Positions 50,674-62,946 of a stretch of 64,000 nt of DNA are shown here, in pieces. Position numbers and translations under genes: made by a program. The notes beneath the pieces were generated by a model. It did no database searches. It saw only the letters and a list, made by a program, of their open reading frames with translations, and had not been told where the DNA came from. The DNA is taken from contig JASCQW010000162.1 in assembly GCA_030264375.1 (NCBI GenBank), forward strand, positions 115,196,357 to 115,260,356, given 5' to 3'. The DNA is from Carcharhinus longimanus. Its lineage: Eukaryota. The number at the start of each line of letters is the position of its first letter. Positions within the stretch are counted from its first letter, which is position 1.

Positions 50674-50797
50674 AATCGCCCGTCAGTAATTACATGTGCA
50701 TCTGGTAACAATCGTAACTGCAACCTTTCCCACTGCCCTATTGCTCACAGCGGTTGTGTTCCAGCAATGCCCCCAAGCTACAGGAGACCCTCAAATT
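50674..50797 (+). CDS. VGLL4: VGLL4 coding exon 4 (NRPSVITCASGNNRNCNLSHCPIAHSGC...YRRPSN), phase 0/1
   Basis: cag|AAT acceptor, T|gtaagt donor, 124 nt; conserved NRPSVITC and CNLSHCPIAHSGC. Confidence 0.94.
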
Positions 50798-51467
50798 GTA
50801 AGTTGCATTTCAGTGATGTTTATGTACACAATCTAACTCGATCCAGTCGTGCCCTGAAGGTCTATGTTTTTATTTGTATTAAACACATTATTCTCCATCT
50901 GCGCAGCTTTCCCTTGATCGTTTCAGCACTTGCCCTTCAAGTAATGGGGCCTCATGTGAACAGAAGTGAAACAAATTTTTTAAGTTTTGCATTATTTATT
51001 GGTGCAATCTCATCAAATATTTGGTGCAGTTCTAAATTGTTTCTGCACGTCGCAGAATGTAGTGGCAACTATACATGGCAAATTTGGATTCTGAATAGAC
51101 CCAACAACTGGCGGCAATATGGTACTGTAGTGCCAAGTGTATGTGAATTAACAAAGAGTCCTCACTGCAACTGGGCTTCAGCTCAAGCCAATATAGGTCA
51201 TGAGAAACGATCTTTTATATTTCTCCTGTGGCTTTCAGCTTGCACTGTTGTTTCAACACACCCACTATAGAAAGAAAATGGTGTTCTCATCAAAATTTAA
51301 GTACAATTTAAGAGATTATCAGGAAATCATTTTTCTACTAAGTGCTTCTTTTTAATCCTTCCATAGAAAAAGTTAACTACTTTGTGTATAGTTTTCAAAT
51401 GAGCAAGCTGTACTGAAAAGTTAATTATATACCACTGCAAATTATAGAAGAACAGCAGATGCCATCT

Positions 51468-51725
51468 TTTTTTATTAGTGTCACAAATAGGCTTACATTA
51501 ACACTGCAATGCAGTTACATTGAAAATTGCCTAGTCGCCACACTCGGCACCTGTTCATTTTGAAATTCTTCTTACACTGAGGGAGAATTTTAGCATGGCC
51601 AATGCATCTAACCAGCGCATCTGTGGGAGGAAACCCACACAGAAACTGAGAACAGTCACCCAAGCCGGGAATCGAACCAGTGTCCCTGGCGCTGTGAGGC
51701 AGCAACGCTAACCACGATGGCACAC
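51468..51725 (-). mobile_element. V-SINE/HE1-like SINE (tail type A), internally deleted
   Basis: Reverse complement of the 510-815 family. Confidence 0.78.
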
Positions 51726-54700
51726 ATCTTACCACATAAACGGATGGAATCCAGTTACATGGAATATGTTTCCACCGTAACATGATAAAAAGTCATATAA
51801 TTTCACCAGTGTGAAAAGCACCTGATGTCTCCTCACCACCACCCACCTTGCAGCTAGTGAAAATGGGAAAATGCCTTTTCTTTGAATGTTGATAACACTG
51901 TGTTACTCATCAGGCGATGTACTTTTTGGAGTAACTTCCTACAAAGTGTCTCCTTTTATACTCAGCCCCTATTGATACTTTCTTTTTCCTCCCCTCTCAT
52001 TTCATTTTTCCCTTTACTGATTTGTTGTATAATATGTTGCCTCTAAGAATCTAATTGTCAATATGTATGGTCATTTTGAGGATTTTACTTCACTTGCCAA
52101 GGGCTGCTGTACACCTGATTAGGATTTTTATATTTTGGTGCGACTCACTAGTTTAGATTGAGTTTGCTATTAAGGAGAGGAATCAGGTCAACTTAGTCTG
52201 GCTATTTCAAATAATATTGTCATATGTATAAAATGCAAGATAGTTTCTACTGATTAGGATAAAGGCAACTTGAAATCTAATTAAGCAAACAAATGGTTGT
52301 TCATTACAAGAACATTGAATTGTAAGTGATAGCATAAAGTGTGGTTATGTAGCACAAGTCTAGCACTTCCAGAATACCATCAGTCCGCCACAGCGAAAAG
52401 AAAAGCAGTCATGTTCTACACATACGTTATGAAGGTAGTTCTGACTGTAGTTAATTTTCAACCTAGCTTATCCATTTCAACAGACATATTCTGACATAAA
52501 GCTGGTGGAATTATAGACCAAAGCATTTGGGTTGCATCCAAAACAAACTTCTGTTCTAGTTATGTCAGCAGTTTACTTTGGTTTCCACTAGAAAATCTGG
52601 ATAAATGGAAGAACTCTTGATGCTGAGTTTTATCCAATGTGCAAACTTCACACCTTCACACTGTTCAATCCAGATGAGGTGAGGCAAATTGGTCATTTTT
52701 TTTAAATGAGCTGGCACAGATTTTATGATAAATGTCAAATATGATTTCACTGAGAATTTAACCTCCATAAATAGCATTACTGAATAAGATGCTGGGAAGA
52801 AAGTTTGATTTTTGCCATGTATATCATTGCCAAACTATTTTGCCTTTCATTGCATCCCTTAAGTACAATTGTGCAACTCTGTTCAAGTAATGAATGTATA
52901 TAGGTTTAATATTAATAATTTTACATTTCTGAAGTAAGATATTTGAATGAGGTGACCATTGAATTAAATGTATTTACATGCTAGTGGGTGTGCTGTAACG
53001 TTGCATGCAAGGAATCAAATCAAGAAAAAACACAGTCTCTAGACAAAAGACTTGCGAGAGTGTCAAATAATTTGATCAGGGCATGCAGACATAATTCTAT
53101 TCTTATTTTAAGGTCTTGTGTTTTGAACTTGGCATACATTAGAAATATAAAATTATTGATTGAAAATTACATAGATATACATAGGAAGTTTCCAATCGCC
53201 CTAAATCTTGCTATCACTGGTAATACTGCAGTGTCTCCATTGTTGGAAGAGTTTAAATACAACACATTGTTGCATTCCACACAGGATTTAGGAGTAAATA
53301 ATAGAAAAGTGTTTAAGTATATAAAGTATATAAGTCTTTAAGATTTTTAGTAGCATAGTATACAAACTGGTTGGTCACAGGAGGTTTGCATACAGCAGGT
53401 TGGTGAATAGAATCTGTTGCCTCTCTTAGATTATCTGTTTGCTTTTTTCTGTCAAACTCTTTCTTCACCTCAACTACATTTGTTTTTCTGTTTGTTTCTC
53501 CCATGTGACCTGCTTTTCTCTGTCTATTGCTTCCCAGTGGCATGACAAAAGGGAACAGTGTTACTGAGAGCAGCATTTTTTTTAACAATGGTATTTGCAG
53601 GGATGGGGGTGGGGGTAGTTTGGGGTTGACAATTTATAATTTAAGAGGGAGGCAGAAGTGATTAGGGCTGATTTAGGCAAGAGTAGTCAGGAATGAGGCT
53701 GGCAGGTATTTAGTGGAATGGAGCTGGACTTACAAGCCATGACTTGATTTAAAATTATAGATGGCAAACAGAGGGGAGCTAACAAAATCAATTTTTGTGT
53801 TAGGGTAGAGCTAGTCAGGCAGAGGTTAAACCAGGAGAAAGATTGCATCAATGAAGAAGGGGGGACTCAACAGTGGAAAGCAATGAAGCAGAAGCATGTG
53901 CTGATAATGGCTAGAAGGATTTCGGTTGGGATTACAAGGCAGCAGGCAGTTAAGGGGTTGAATCTGATGTGTGGTACAGTTGGCAACAGGGTGGATGCGA
54001 TTGCTGAGGTAACATGCTATTTTGGTGGAATGAGCTCTCATTCCTTTTTGAAATTGAATGACGTTTTTCAAAAATTTGCCTACAATGTTGAACTTCTGGC
54101 ATTTTTAAATACTGCTTTGTTGTCCTTGTGTGACAACTCAGCGTTTTAGCTTCCTGATCCTGCAAAATGAAATTTGCAGCTTTAAATGCTCCATGTTTTT
54201 GCAATGTTGGCCTGCTTCTTTCCCTTTCTCCCTGATGCCTAATTTGCAGGGACAAAAGAAACTGGTCAGCAGTTCATAAGATAACTGTGGCAAAAGGTAA
54301 AGAAACAGAAGGATATGAGTCTATAACGAGAAGACAGGAGGTGGTATGAGAGACTAAAATCAAGGAACAATGGAAGAAGCCAGTGGAAAGCTTGGATGGG
54401 AGCCCACGGCTACTGCAGGCCTTTGATCAGGAAGTAGAAATGGCTGTCAGAATGTACAAAAAATGGATACACCTTGAGTAAATGGGTATTAAGTTAGCCG
54501 CATAGAAAGAAAAACCAATGAAAATAAATGTATTAAATTATTCTGGCATTGAATGAACAAATTGGATAAAAATCACCTGCCATCTAGTGTTGGGAGGATA
54601 GATTAAAAATACCCAGCTTTCGTTCCCCTCACTTTGCTCAGTGCACGATACAATCGTGACAATGTGGGTACATGTGTACATGAAGAAAAGTGATGACCGA

Positions 54701-57260
54701 GATGCAAATATATTCTCCTAATAAGCAACCACGGAAGCTGAATCAATTATCCTTTGAGTTGAAATTCATGGTCTTACCACTCCCTATCTTTAACATCCAT
54801 TAACTCTGTGTCCAGCTGCTGTTTTCTTCTGTTCATCACTGACGCCTGTACCAATCAACCCTAAGCTCTGGAATCCCCCCTCTGCATATATCCTTCCCTC
54901 TACCTTTCTTTCCTCTTTTAAGTTGCTCTTTAAAACCAGTGTCTTGGCCAAGCTTTTCGTCATTTGTCCTAATATCATCTTATGTAGGTTGGTGTTAGTT
55001 TTTGTTTGACATTCCTACAAAGTGTGTTGGAACAATTGATTATGTTTAAAGACACTCCATGTGCAGGTTGTTGTCTGTACAAAGTAAGTTTGATACTTTT
55101 TTTTAAATGGTAGCAAGATGAAGTGCATTGAGTATGGGACTACAGCTAGCAGTTGTTAGGTCAGATTGTCCTAGGCTGACTTTGCTCATCTCAAACCATT
55201 CATTTCCTCCTCACCATCCATCTCTCATTCCTTACCAACATTCCCCATATTGCCAGAACTGTCTCATCTCTCCTTTGAAAATCCATTCTGCAATTAATTT
55301 CAAGTCTGACACCTCTCAACATCTTTCCTTTCGAGTTAATAAGTAACTTCTTGGATCTAAAATTACCTCCACCTCGTGCTCCCCATAGCACTGCCCCTAA
55401 ATATAGGGACCCCTGTCCAATTAATGTTCTCCTCCTCCTACTCTGAAACTGTTAACATGCAAGCTGTTGCTACATATGAGGATTTTCCTTGGAACAAACA
55501 CCTTGATCAAGCAGTTGCTGGAAATCCTCAATCCCACAATTCACATTCAGAACTCTTCTGTCTGTTTTTGCCCAGGGGGTGATGGGCAACTCAGTCTGGC
55601 AACATGAGATGGGTAGTGGGATGGTGATGGGCAATGCTTGCCCTCCAATCTGATCTCAACAGCCCTCTGCGATTTCTGTACTCTACAATTGTAAATTTCA
55701 AAACATCTCTGCTACCAAATTCGGGCTCCATTTCTTTGCTGTTAAACCCTGCACCATGCTGTAATTGTTCCAAATCCCTCGTCTAATACAGCAGATTTTT
55801 TTGTACACTTTTTTAGTTTCCCCCAATCACAGAATCCCCTGGAAAGCTGTGCCACCTGCTGTTACCAAAGCCCAGGATCTCTTCCCTGACATTCTTCTAA
55901 AGCTTGAAGGTCTTTGTATTCCTTTACTCAGTGCCATTAAATACCAGCCTCCTGAACTTCCTTTGAAAAGAAAATGCTGAATGGATCACTTCTTGAATAG
56001 AACTCACTTTCAAAAAGGTTAAGAGCCAAAATTGAATACACAAGTAAAGAAATATATAATCATGGCAGTTTTCATGAGCAAATGGATAGTGATGGAATTT
56101 GATCCCAAAATCTGAGAGCACCTTGTTAAAAGAAATGAAATTTGACTTGATCATTCACTGTAAATCAGGATTCTTAGTATGTGGTATAGCAAAACCACAT
56201 TATTGCAAAATGTTGTAACCTCTTCCAGTTCATGGAACAATGCCATGGAAGATTGAACATTGTCTGTGAATTTCTTTATTGTGTTCATGTAAGCTGAAAA
56301 AAAATCCTGTTTTCTAATGTTTTATAGATTTCACCTACCGCTTGAATTTTTTAATTTCACTGCCCTCACACCATTTTCCCGTTTCTCCTGTACTGACAGC
56401 ATTGACTCCTTTTTAAGTCTGATTGCAGCTGTATATTATTTCACGTGTCCAATGACACAGTGAATATAGGCTAGAGTGAGCCAGAGCCTCTAGAAGATTT
56501 ACAATCATAAGTGTCCTCTGCTTAGAGAAGCTAGCACAAAACAACATACGCAACCAGTTCTTGTATGCACCGTTTGCGGTCTGGAAAGATTATTCTCAAG
56601 GAGTTACTGGCATTGAAAGAGGGGCTAGTATTTATGTACTGTTCAATCTGCCATCCCTGGACTTGTTTGTTCTTGATTGGTGAAGTCCGCTCAAAATATC
56701 ATCACAATCAACAACAAAGCATTACTAGATGGAATTCAGAACAGGTTTCTATTAAGGAAAATACCCATTACAACACTGCTCAGAACAGGATAATTGTTGT
56801 AATCAACAGTTGGAAGTCGATTTTGGTACAGTGCTGTTTGTAATCAAGTGTTTGACGTTATTCCATAATGGCAAATGTATAGAACGGAATTTTCTGGCTG
56901 TGCTTGCCCCAAGGCTGAAAAATCCCACCCAAGGTCAACAAACCGTTGCATGATCCATGTCCTACCCTCTTTGATTCCCATGGCGGGCAGGACAGGAAAA
57001 ATCCCACACGTGATTTGTAATGAGTGCCTCCTTTGTAAAGTTAAGCTATTACAGGGTATGGAGCAAAGGAATATGGGATTAGCCTACGCCTATTCTTGAG
57101 TGGATGGTGTGTGAAGCTTAAGTGACCATAAGATATTTTCATCGTTGGTGTTTCAGATTTTTTTCATTATACTAGGAACAAAATTTGAGAAAAGCTTACA
57201 CTTGACATGATTCCTTCCAATACCATCCTCTACTAACTTTTAAATTTTGTTTTTAAACAG

Positions 57261-57541
57261 CCTCCATAACTACTAATACAGCTTGTGATCCTGTTGTGGA
57301 GGAACATTTTCGCCGAAGCCTTGGAGAGAGGTACAAGCAACCAGAGCCTGTGACAAATTCAGTTTCTATCACAGGGTCAGTAGATGATCACTTTGCCAAA
57401 GCTCTTGGAGAAACATGGCTTCAAATCAAGGCTGCCAAAGATGGAGTTTCGAGCAGCCCTGATTCTGGCTCAAGAAGAGGACAGTCCTCCCCTTCGTCCC
57501 ACATGGTCAATCACAATCACTCCCCTTCAGTCGTTTCATGA
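57261..57541 (+). CDS. VGLL4: VGLL4 last coding exon with both TDU (Tondu) motifs
   Basis: aaacag|CC acceptor, TACTAAC at 57231-57237; CDPVVEEHFRRSLG and SVSITGSVDDHFAKALGETWLQIK...HSPSVVS*; total CDS 891 nt = 296 aa. Confidence 0.96.
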
Positions 57542-58733
57542 AGAGCGGACCACGTTGCATTCTGTGCTGAGTGAAATGCATGGTTTGACTGAGCTTGAAC
57601 ACTGCTAAAATAAGTGGGGAGGGGGATTTTTTTTTAAACTAGACACTTTTGTGTATTTGCTTAGCATTTGCAAAAGGGTGCCCTAAAAAAAATAGCAGGA
57701 ACTATTCATATAAATTGTATGATGTAGCATCCTAATCTCCTGCCTCAGTTACCAAAGAAACCTCTGATGCAATTCTGCTGCCCCAAAAAGCCATGTTAGG
57801 ATTGGTTGACCCAAACGCTTTGGCCTCTGCTAGTTCCTTTGACTAGAGTGTGTGTGGTTTGCTTACATTGCTTTTCTGTTATGTAATTTTGTATGTTTAT
57901 ATACTTGAAAAGAACTGTATGTCTGATTTGCACTATTGGGGAGTGGTGAGGTTGCTTGTCAACTTTACATCAGATTTTCTTGTTTTGTTAGTATTGCGCT
58001 TTACAGAGGCAAAACGGCTTTGGAAGGGAAAGTCTCATACAGGTATTAGCCTTTCTCTAGCTTCAGATTACATTTTGTGCTTGGTGCTCACAACTGGACT
58101 GCATTTGTTGTCAAAGAACACGGGCATTTTGTTTTCCTACACCCTTCATCTGTATTTGTAAGCTTGTTCAAATAGATTTGAGATATGAAGGTCAATAGTG
58201 CTTCTATTAAAGTAGCTGCATGATTTAAAAAAATAGCTGGTATCTATATTGTATAGGCGTAATGAAAATTAATACTAGAGCTTTTTCTTCAGAATTGTAG
58301 TTTATTTTCATCAATAACAGTCCTAGATACTTACTGCTGGTACAGTTTTACTCAATGACATTTAAGCATGTATTCACACTGGTAGAAGCCAGCAAAAGAG
58401 GATAGCCTCAGGAAAGGCCCGCATATTATATTCAGTAGATTATAAATTCCATGGTACAGGCAGCAATAGCTTTGTGCATGACTGAATAATCAATGCATAA
58501 CAACCTGTTTAATAAAGAGGAACTCCCATAATTTCTGTAAAATCAGACTAAAATTTACAGTTAAGCAAGTCATGACTATTTGAAACAAAGAGAAATGCTT
58601 GGCTTTAATGTGGTAATGCAGATTGTCATGGCTTGTAGAAAACAACTTTAATTTTTTTAATGCTTACTCTATCCTGTGCCAAGGTGTACATTCCTCCAAT
58701 AGTATAATGCTACTTTGTTTGCTGTATTAATAG

Positions 58734-58769
<36 letters not shown>

Positions 58770-59790
58770 GAGGCAGAGGTACAGAAAGCAGCTGTGTAAT
58801 GCTTTATAGTTTCCCAATTTAGCCTTTGTCTTTGAGAGAGTCACACATGCCCATACATTCCGTCATCCCAGTAAAACAGTAAACATTTCATCGCCACCTT
58901 ACTGGGTAGTTACCGCTTGTCTGCTTTGGCATTCAGTATCCTACTCTGTAGGAAAATCACTAAATGAACACTTTTTATATAGGTAACTATAAGACCATCA
59001 TTACGCTGTGCGTAAAGAATGTACAAAAAAATTCGTAGGTATTTTTTGAGGAACAATTAATTTGTTAATGATATGTAGCTATTTAATTTTCCCTGTCCTT
59101 TTTGTTGTAATCATGCATTTTTTTTTGTTTGGAGAAAAAAGTTGATCTTTTTTGTTTGGTGTAGATTTGTCTGTTATAAGGTAAAAAGTGCAGGAACACA
59201 GTTATCTATGGAAACACTGCGTTAGCATTAATAGCCACTAGTTCATTACTGCTACAGGCTACTGAGCGTTATAATGGTAGAAGGCTGTAGATGCTGTCTG
59301 TGGACTCTATGCGTCTGGTTACTTGGCTGTTTTTTTTTAAAATGTGAGACAACTGAACAAGAATACAAACAACAATCCAGGGATTGTGGACTAATTATAA
59401 ATTTCGTGGAGACTGCAAAACATTCTAAAATGTATAGACCAGGTTTGTCTACAATTTTTATTACTACAGAGAGCAGAAATGTCTACAGTGTACTTACTGT
59501 TAGTTTCAGTTTGTAAATTTGAACTCTATCCCTCTTGTTTGCGGCCTTGTTTCACCCAAAATGGAAAAAAAGCTTTTGACAGGCCACTTTTTGTACTTAA
59601 AGTAGCCTCAAAGAACAATAAAGTGCTCTTAAATCATTTGTCTTGTGCAGTTTCATTGAGATTTGTTACCAGTTCTCTTTGGATCAGCAAGTATGGGAAA
59701 TATTGCAACCATGTTGAAAATTTAATATGTTGGCAGCAAAAAAAGTTGTAATCTTCCACTTCAAAATAAAATGTTATGATTGAGAGTGTC
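57542..59790 (+). other. VGLL4 3'UTR (inferred extent)
   Basis: Interspersed-repeat-free AT-rich stretch after the stop; AATAAA at 58511, 59617 and 59765. Confidence 0.6.
58734..58769 (+). repeat. (CTA)12 microsatellite in the 3'UTR
   Basis: ctactacta... seen directly. Confidence 0.95.
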
Positions 59791-60511
59791 ACTTCCTGAC
59801 CTGAAAATCCATTTGGTGTTTTTTACCTTTACTATTTTAAATCAATGGACAATGCATGGCCCAGATGCAAGTTGGAATCTTACCATATTTTTTCCAAGTG
59901 TCAGGTTCCGACCGAAAACCAGCATGTAACTCTCTGCACAGGTGAGTATTTGGACCAAATTTTCAGGTACTGCGAGAGAAAAGAGTGAGGTGGGTCTTTT
60001 GCAGTCAACGCTGGTGGGGCAGGGCCTAATAGAGCTGGCAAGGGCTGCATCACCAATGTTGGGCCCAATTTTTAAAGGGCAATCCCGATCAGTGCTAAAT
60101 TGGAACTGTTCTGTTCCTCCACACACACAACACCACCACAGCCCCTCCCCTCCAAAGAACACCCCTGGGCAGTGCCAGGGTATTAGCTGGACATGACCTT
60201 CTCCTTTCTGGAGGATGTACACCCGTGCTGGCTTCCAGCAGAATCTGCTCGCAAGGTACACATTGCGGGAGATCTGTTGTGATTTATGTTGGTATGCCCT
60301 TGCACCGACATGAATAGATAACCTTACAGGGTAGACTGTCAGGAGCAAGGCCTGATAATCAGATTTAACTGCATTCAAATGGAGATCCCATTGGGGGATC
60401 TTTTGTAGCTCTTTTGTTCCCCCTTTTGTAGCTCTTACTGCTGCCCTTTCTATCTTTGTAAAAAGTCTGACAACACCAGGTTTTAGTCCAACCGATTTAT
60501 TTGATAGTAAA

Positions 60512-60548
60512 CTCACAAGCTTTCGGGTTAGCCCCTTCGTCAGGTAAA
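60512..60548 (-). ncRNA. Minimal type-I hammerhead ribozyme motif in a PLE end (60460-60560)
   Basis: - strand TTTAC-CTGACGA-A-GGG(GCTAA)CCC-GAA-AGCT-T-GTGAG: intact catalytic core, stem I, stem II and palindromic stem III. Confidence 0.65.
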
Positions 60549-62870
60549 TGGAGAGTTCTGGCCTCAGGATCTGTTCTAATTTAGCATCTTTATAGTTTTT
60601 TCCTTTAGTTTTGTTTTGTCACTTCACTCTTTAGTGGTGTGTAAATGGCTGTCTTTTTTGGTAAACTGAGCTCCTACCCCTTGGGGTATAACCCGATTCT
60701 TTACCACAAATTATTTTTTGAGTGTCACCCATTGATCTTCTATTGTTTTGCCAATGAGCAGACTTGTTCTGTTGACAACGGATAATCTCTGTTTCATTCC
60801 ATGAAGTCAAATTTTACCTAAATGTTAGCAGCTGTTTCATTTTTTCCATAATTAAACACTATGTTGAACTGGATTGCATAAAGGTTGCTGTGAGAGAAAT
60901 GTTCACACACTGTTAGGCTGTTAACTAAATGTGGGTCATTGCTTATTACTAAATCTAACACAGACTGCTATCCTCCCTTGTTAGTTCCAGGACATACTGT
61001 TGTAGAAAAGACTGCAGAACATGTTGAAATGTTTAGTCACACCCTCTTTCAGATGTGTTAAACCACAGTAGTTGAATTACTTTTCACCTTATTGACACTG
61101 CAGGCACTTTTTTGGTTAGCTGTTGTAAGATAATTATATTCTCAGCCACCTAATTCACAGGGAAATATGTTTTTATATAGAGTATGAAATTGTAGCCCAT
61201 TTTAATCACCTATGTCTTGTGTTTAAGTGATACTGCTTTGGAAAACAATGAGAAACTGAAGTGTCAAAAAGTACAGGTTTTGTTTGTGGTTTAATTTGAT
61301 ACAGTTTAATGTACATTTAATCTTCCTGTTTTAGAATTTTCAGATTCAGTCACCTTGCTATGATTACAAATGAAGCACAGAACTCGCAGTAAAGAACAGC
61401 CAATTCTGTACTGTTCTCAAGTGGAGTGCTTTCACCCAAGTAATGGGGCAGAATTTTACTGGCCACTGTGGGTGGGGTTGCAGGCCATCAAATTCCTCAA
61501 ATGGCCTTCCCACCTCTAATCTGTCCACAATTTTACATGGGATGGACTAGACCAATGGCATTTGCTGCCGTCCCAATTGAGGCTTTTAAATGGCCACTTA
61601 AGAGCAGCTTCCCGTGTGGCCTCAATTTTGAGACTAGTGGGAGGAGCTCAGAAAGGCAGCTCAGTTCAGTACAGGGGGGAAGCTTGTCAGGTTATCCTGC
61701 TCAGGCCTTGGGCAGGAAGGGGAGGGCTCTGTCACACATAGGCCCCATTTCCACATTGGACACTTCAGTGCCCCCAAGATCTGTCCCCCACAGATGCTTC
61801 CTCCCACCAGCCTCTCCTTCAAGACTCTCTCCCCCACCCATTCCCCTGTACTTACCTGGTTCTGGATTCCAGGACATAAAATCTGGAGACTGTTTCTAGT
61901 TAAATGGCTATGGGTTAGTATGATTGATCATTCAATCACACCTACGCATTCCCCACTGATTCTTGAAGTTGTGGTGTGGGAAACACTTTCATCAGAAAAT
62001 TCCTGCCTTTAGACTTTGCTATGGAACTTCCTCACTTCACAACGTTATTTGTGCATCATTCTCTAAATTAACACATCCTGGAAATAATCAAACAACTCAG
62101 TTGATGGGAACAAGATAAGAGGGTGTGGTCACGCATGGCTTCTGCTGCAATGGGGTCAGATAAGAACTTTGATGGTGTAGTGTACACAACACTGATAATG
62201 GTGTATATGGAGATGCTCGGCACTGCTGCAGAGTCTCAAAGAGCATGAAGGAGTCCATCTCCAATGTAACAAACAGCATTACACAAAACTTAGAACCTAC
62301 CCTTTCCTGCATGGAATTGGTGGTCAATTCCATGACAATTACCAGACAAAGCCAAAATAATGGGGCATCTAGCAGCTAAGTCTAAGCTATCATTGTAACA
62401 AACATCTCAGTGCCAAGCTGGAAGCTTAGACTGAGGTCATGAAGTCCATGGCTGGTGCCATGAAAATCCAGCTTGTTGTCATGCACACTCAGACTGCTGC
62501 CATCATTGCTGCAGATGTCAATGTTCAAAGAGGCTTGCAGGCTGACACAACAGCTCATCAACCAGTCCTGCAGCAGAATGCTGGGATTGTAGACGTTCTA
62601 CCCAATGGGAGTGGCAGAATAATCCCACTGTTAGCATTCTCTGCCACCAGTGCCAATTGCTTATTTTCTTCTCTAATGGCCATGAACTGACTGGCTTGCT
62701 TGGCCTTTTCATAGGACAGTTAAGTAGCAACGCATTGCTGTGGCTCTGGAGTCATATGTAGGTCAGACCAGACCAGATGAGGGTGACAGATTTCCTTCCC
62801 TAAAGGACATTAGTGAGCCAGATGGGTTTTTTAATGACAATCGATGATAGTTTCATGGTCACTAATACAA

Positions 62871-62946
62871 TGATGTGGATGTGCCGGTGTTGGACTGGGG
62901 TAAACACAGTAAAAAGTCTGACAACACCAGGTTTTAGTCCAACCGA
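62871..62946 (-). mobile_element. PLE terminal fragment running into a gap
   Basis: tgatgtggatgtgccggtgttggactggggtaaacacagtaaaaagtctgacaacaccagg, same terminus as 842 and 21537. Confidence 0.75.

Noticed and set aside
50662-51270. 202-aa ORF starting in VGLL4 exon 4
   Set aside because: Homology ends at the gtaagt donor (50798); the rest is intron read-through with no recognisable protein features
59842-60516. 224-aa minus-strand ORF
   Set aside because: Runs through a PLE end and a GC-rich repeat; no recognisable domain or splice structure
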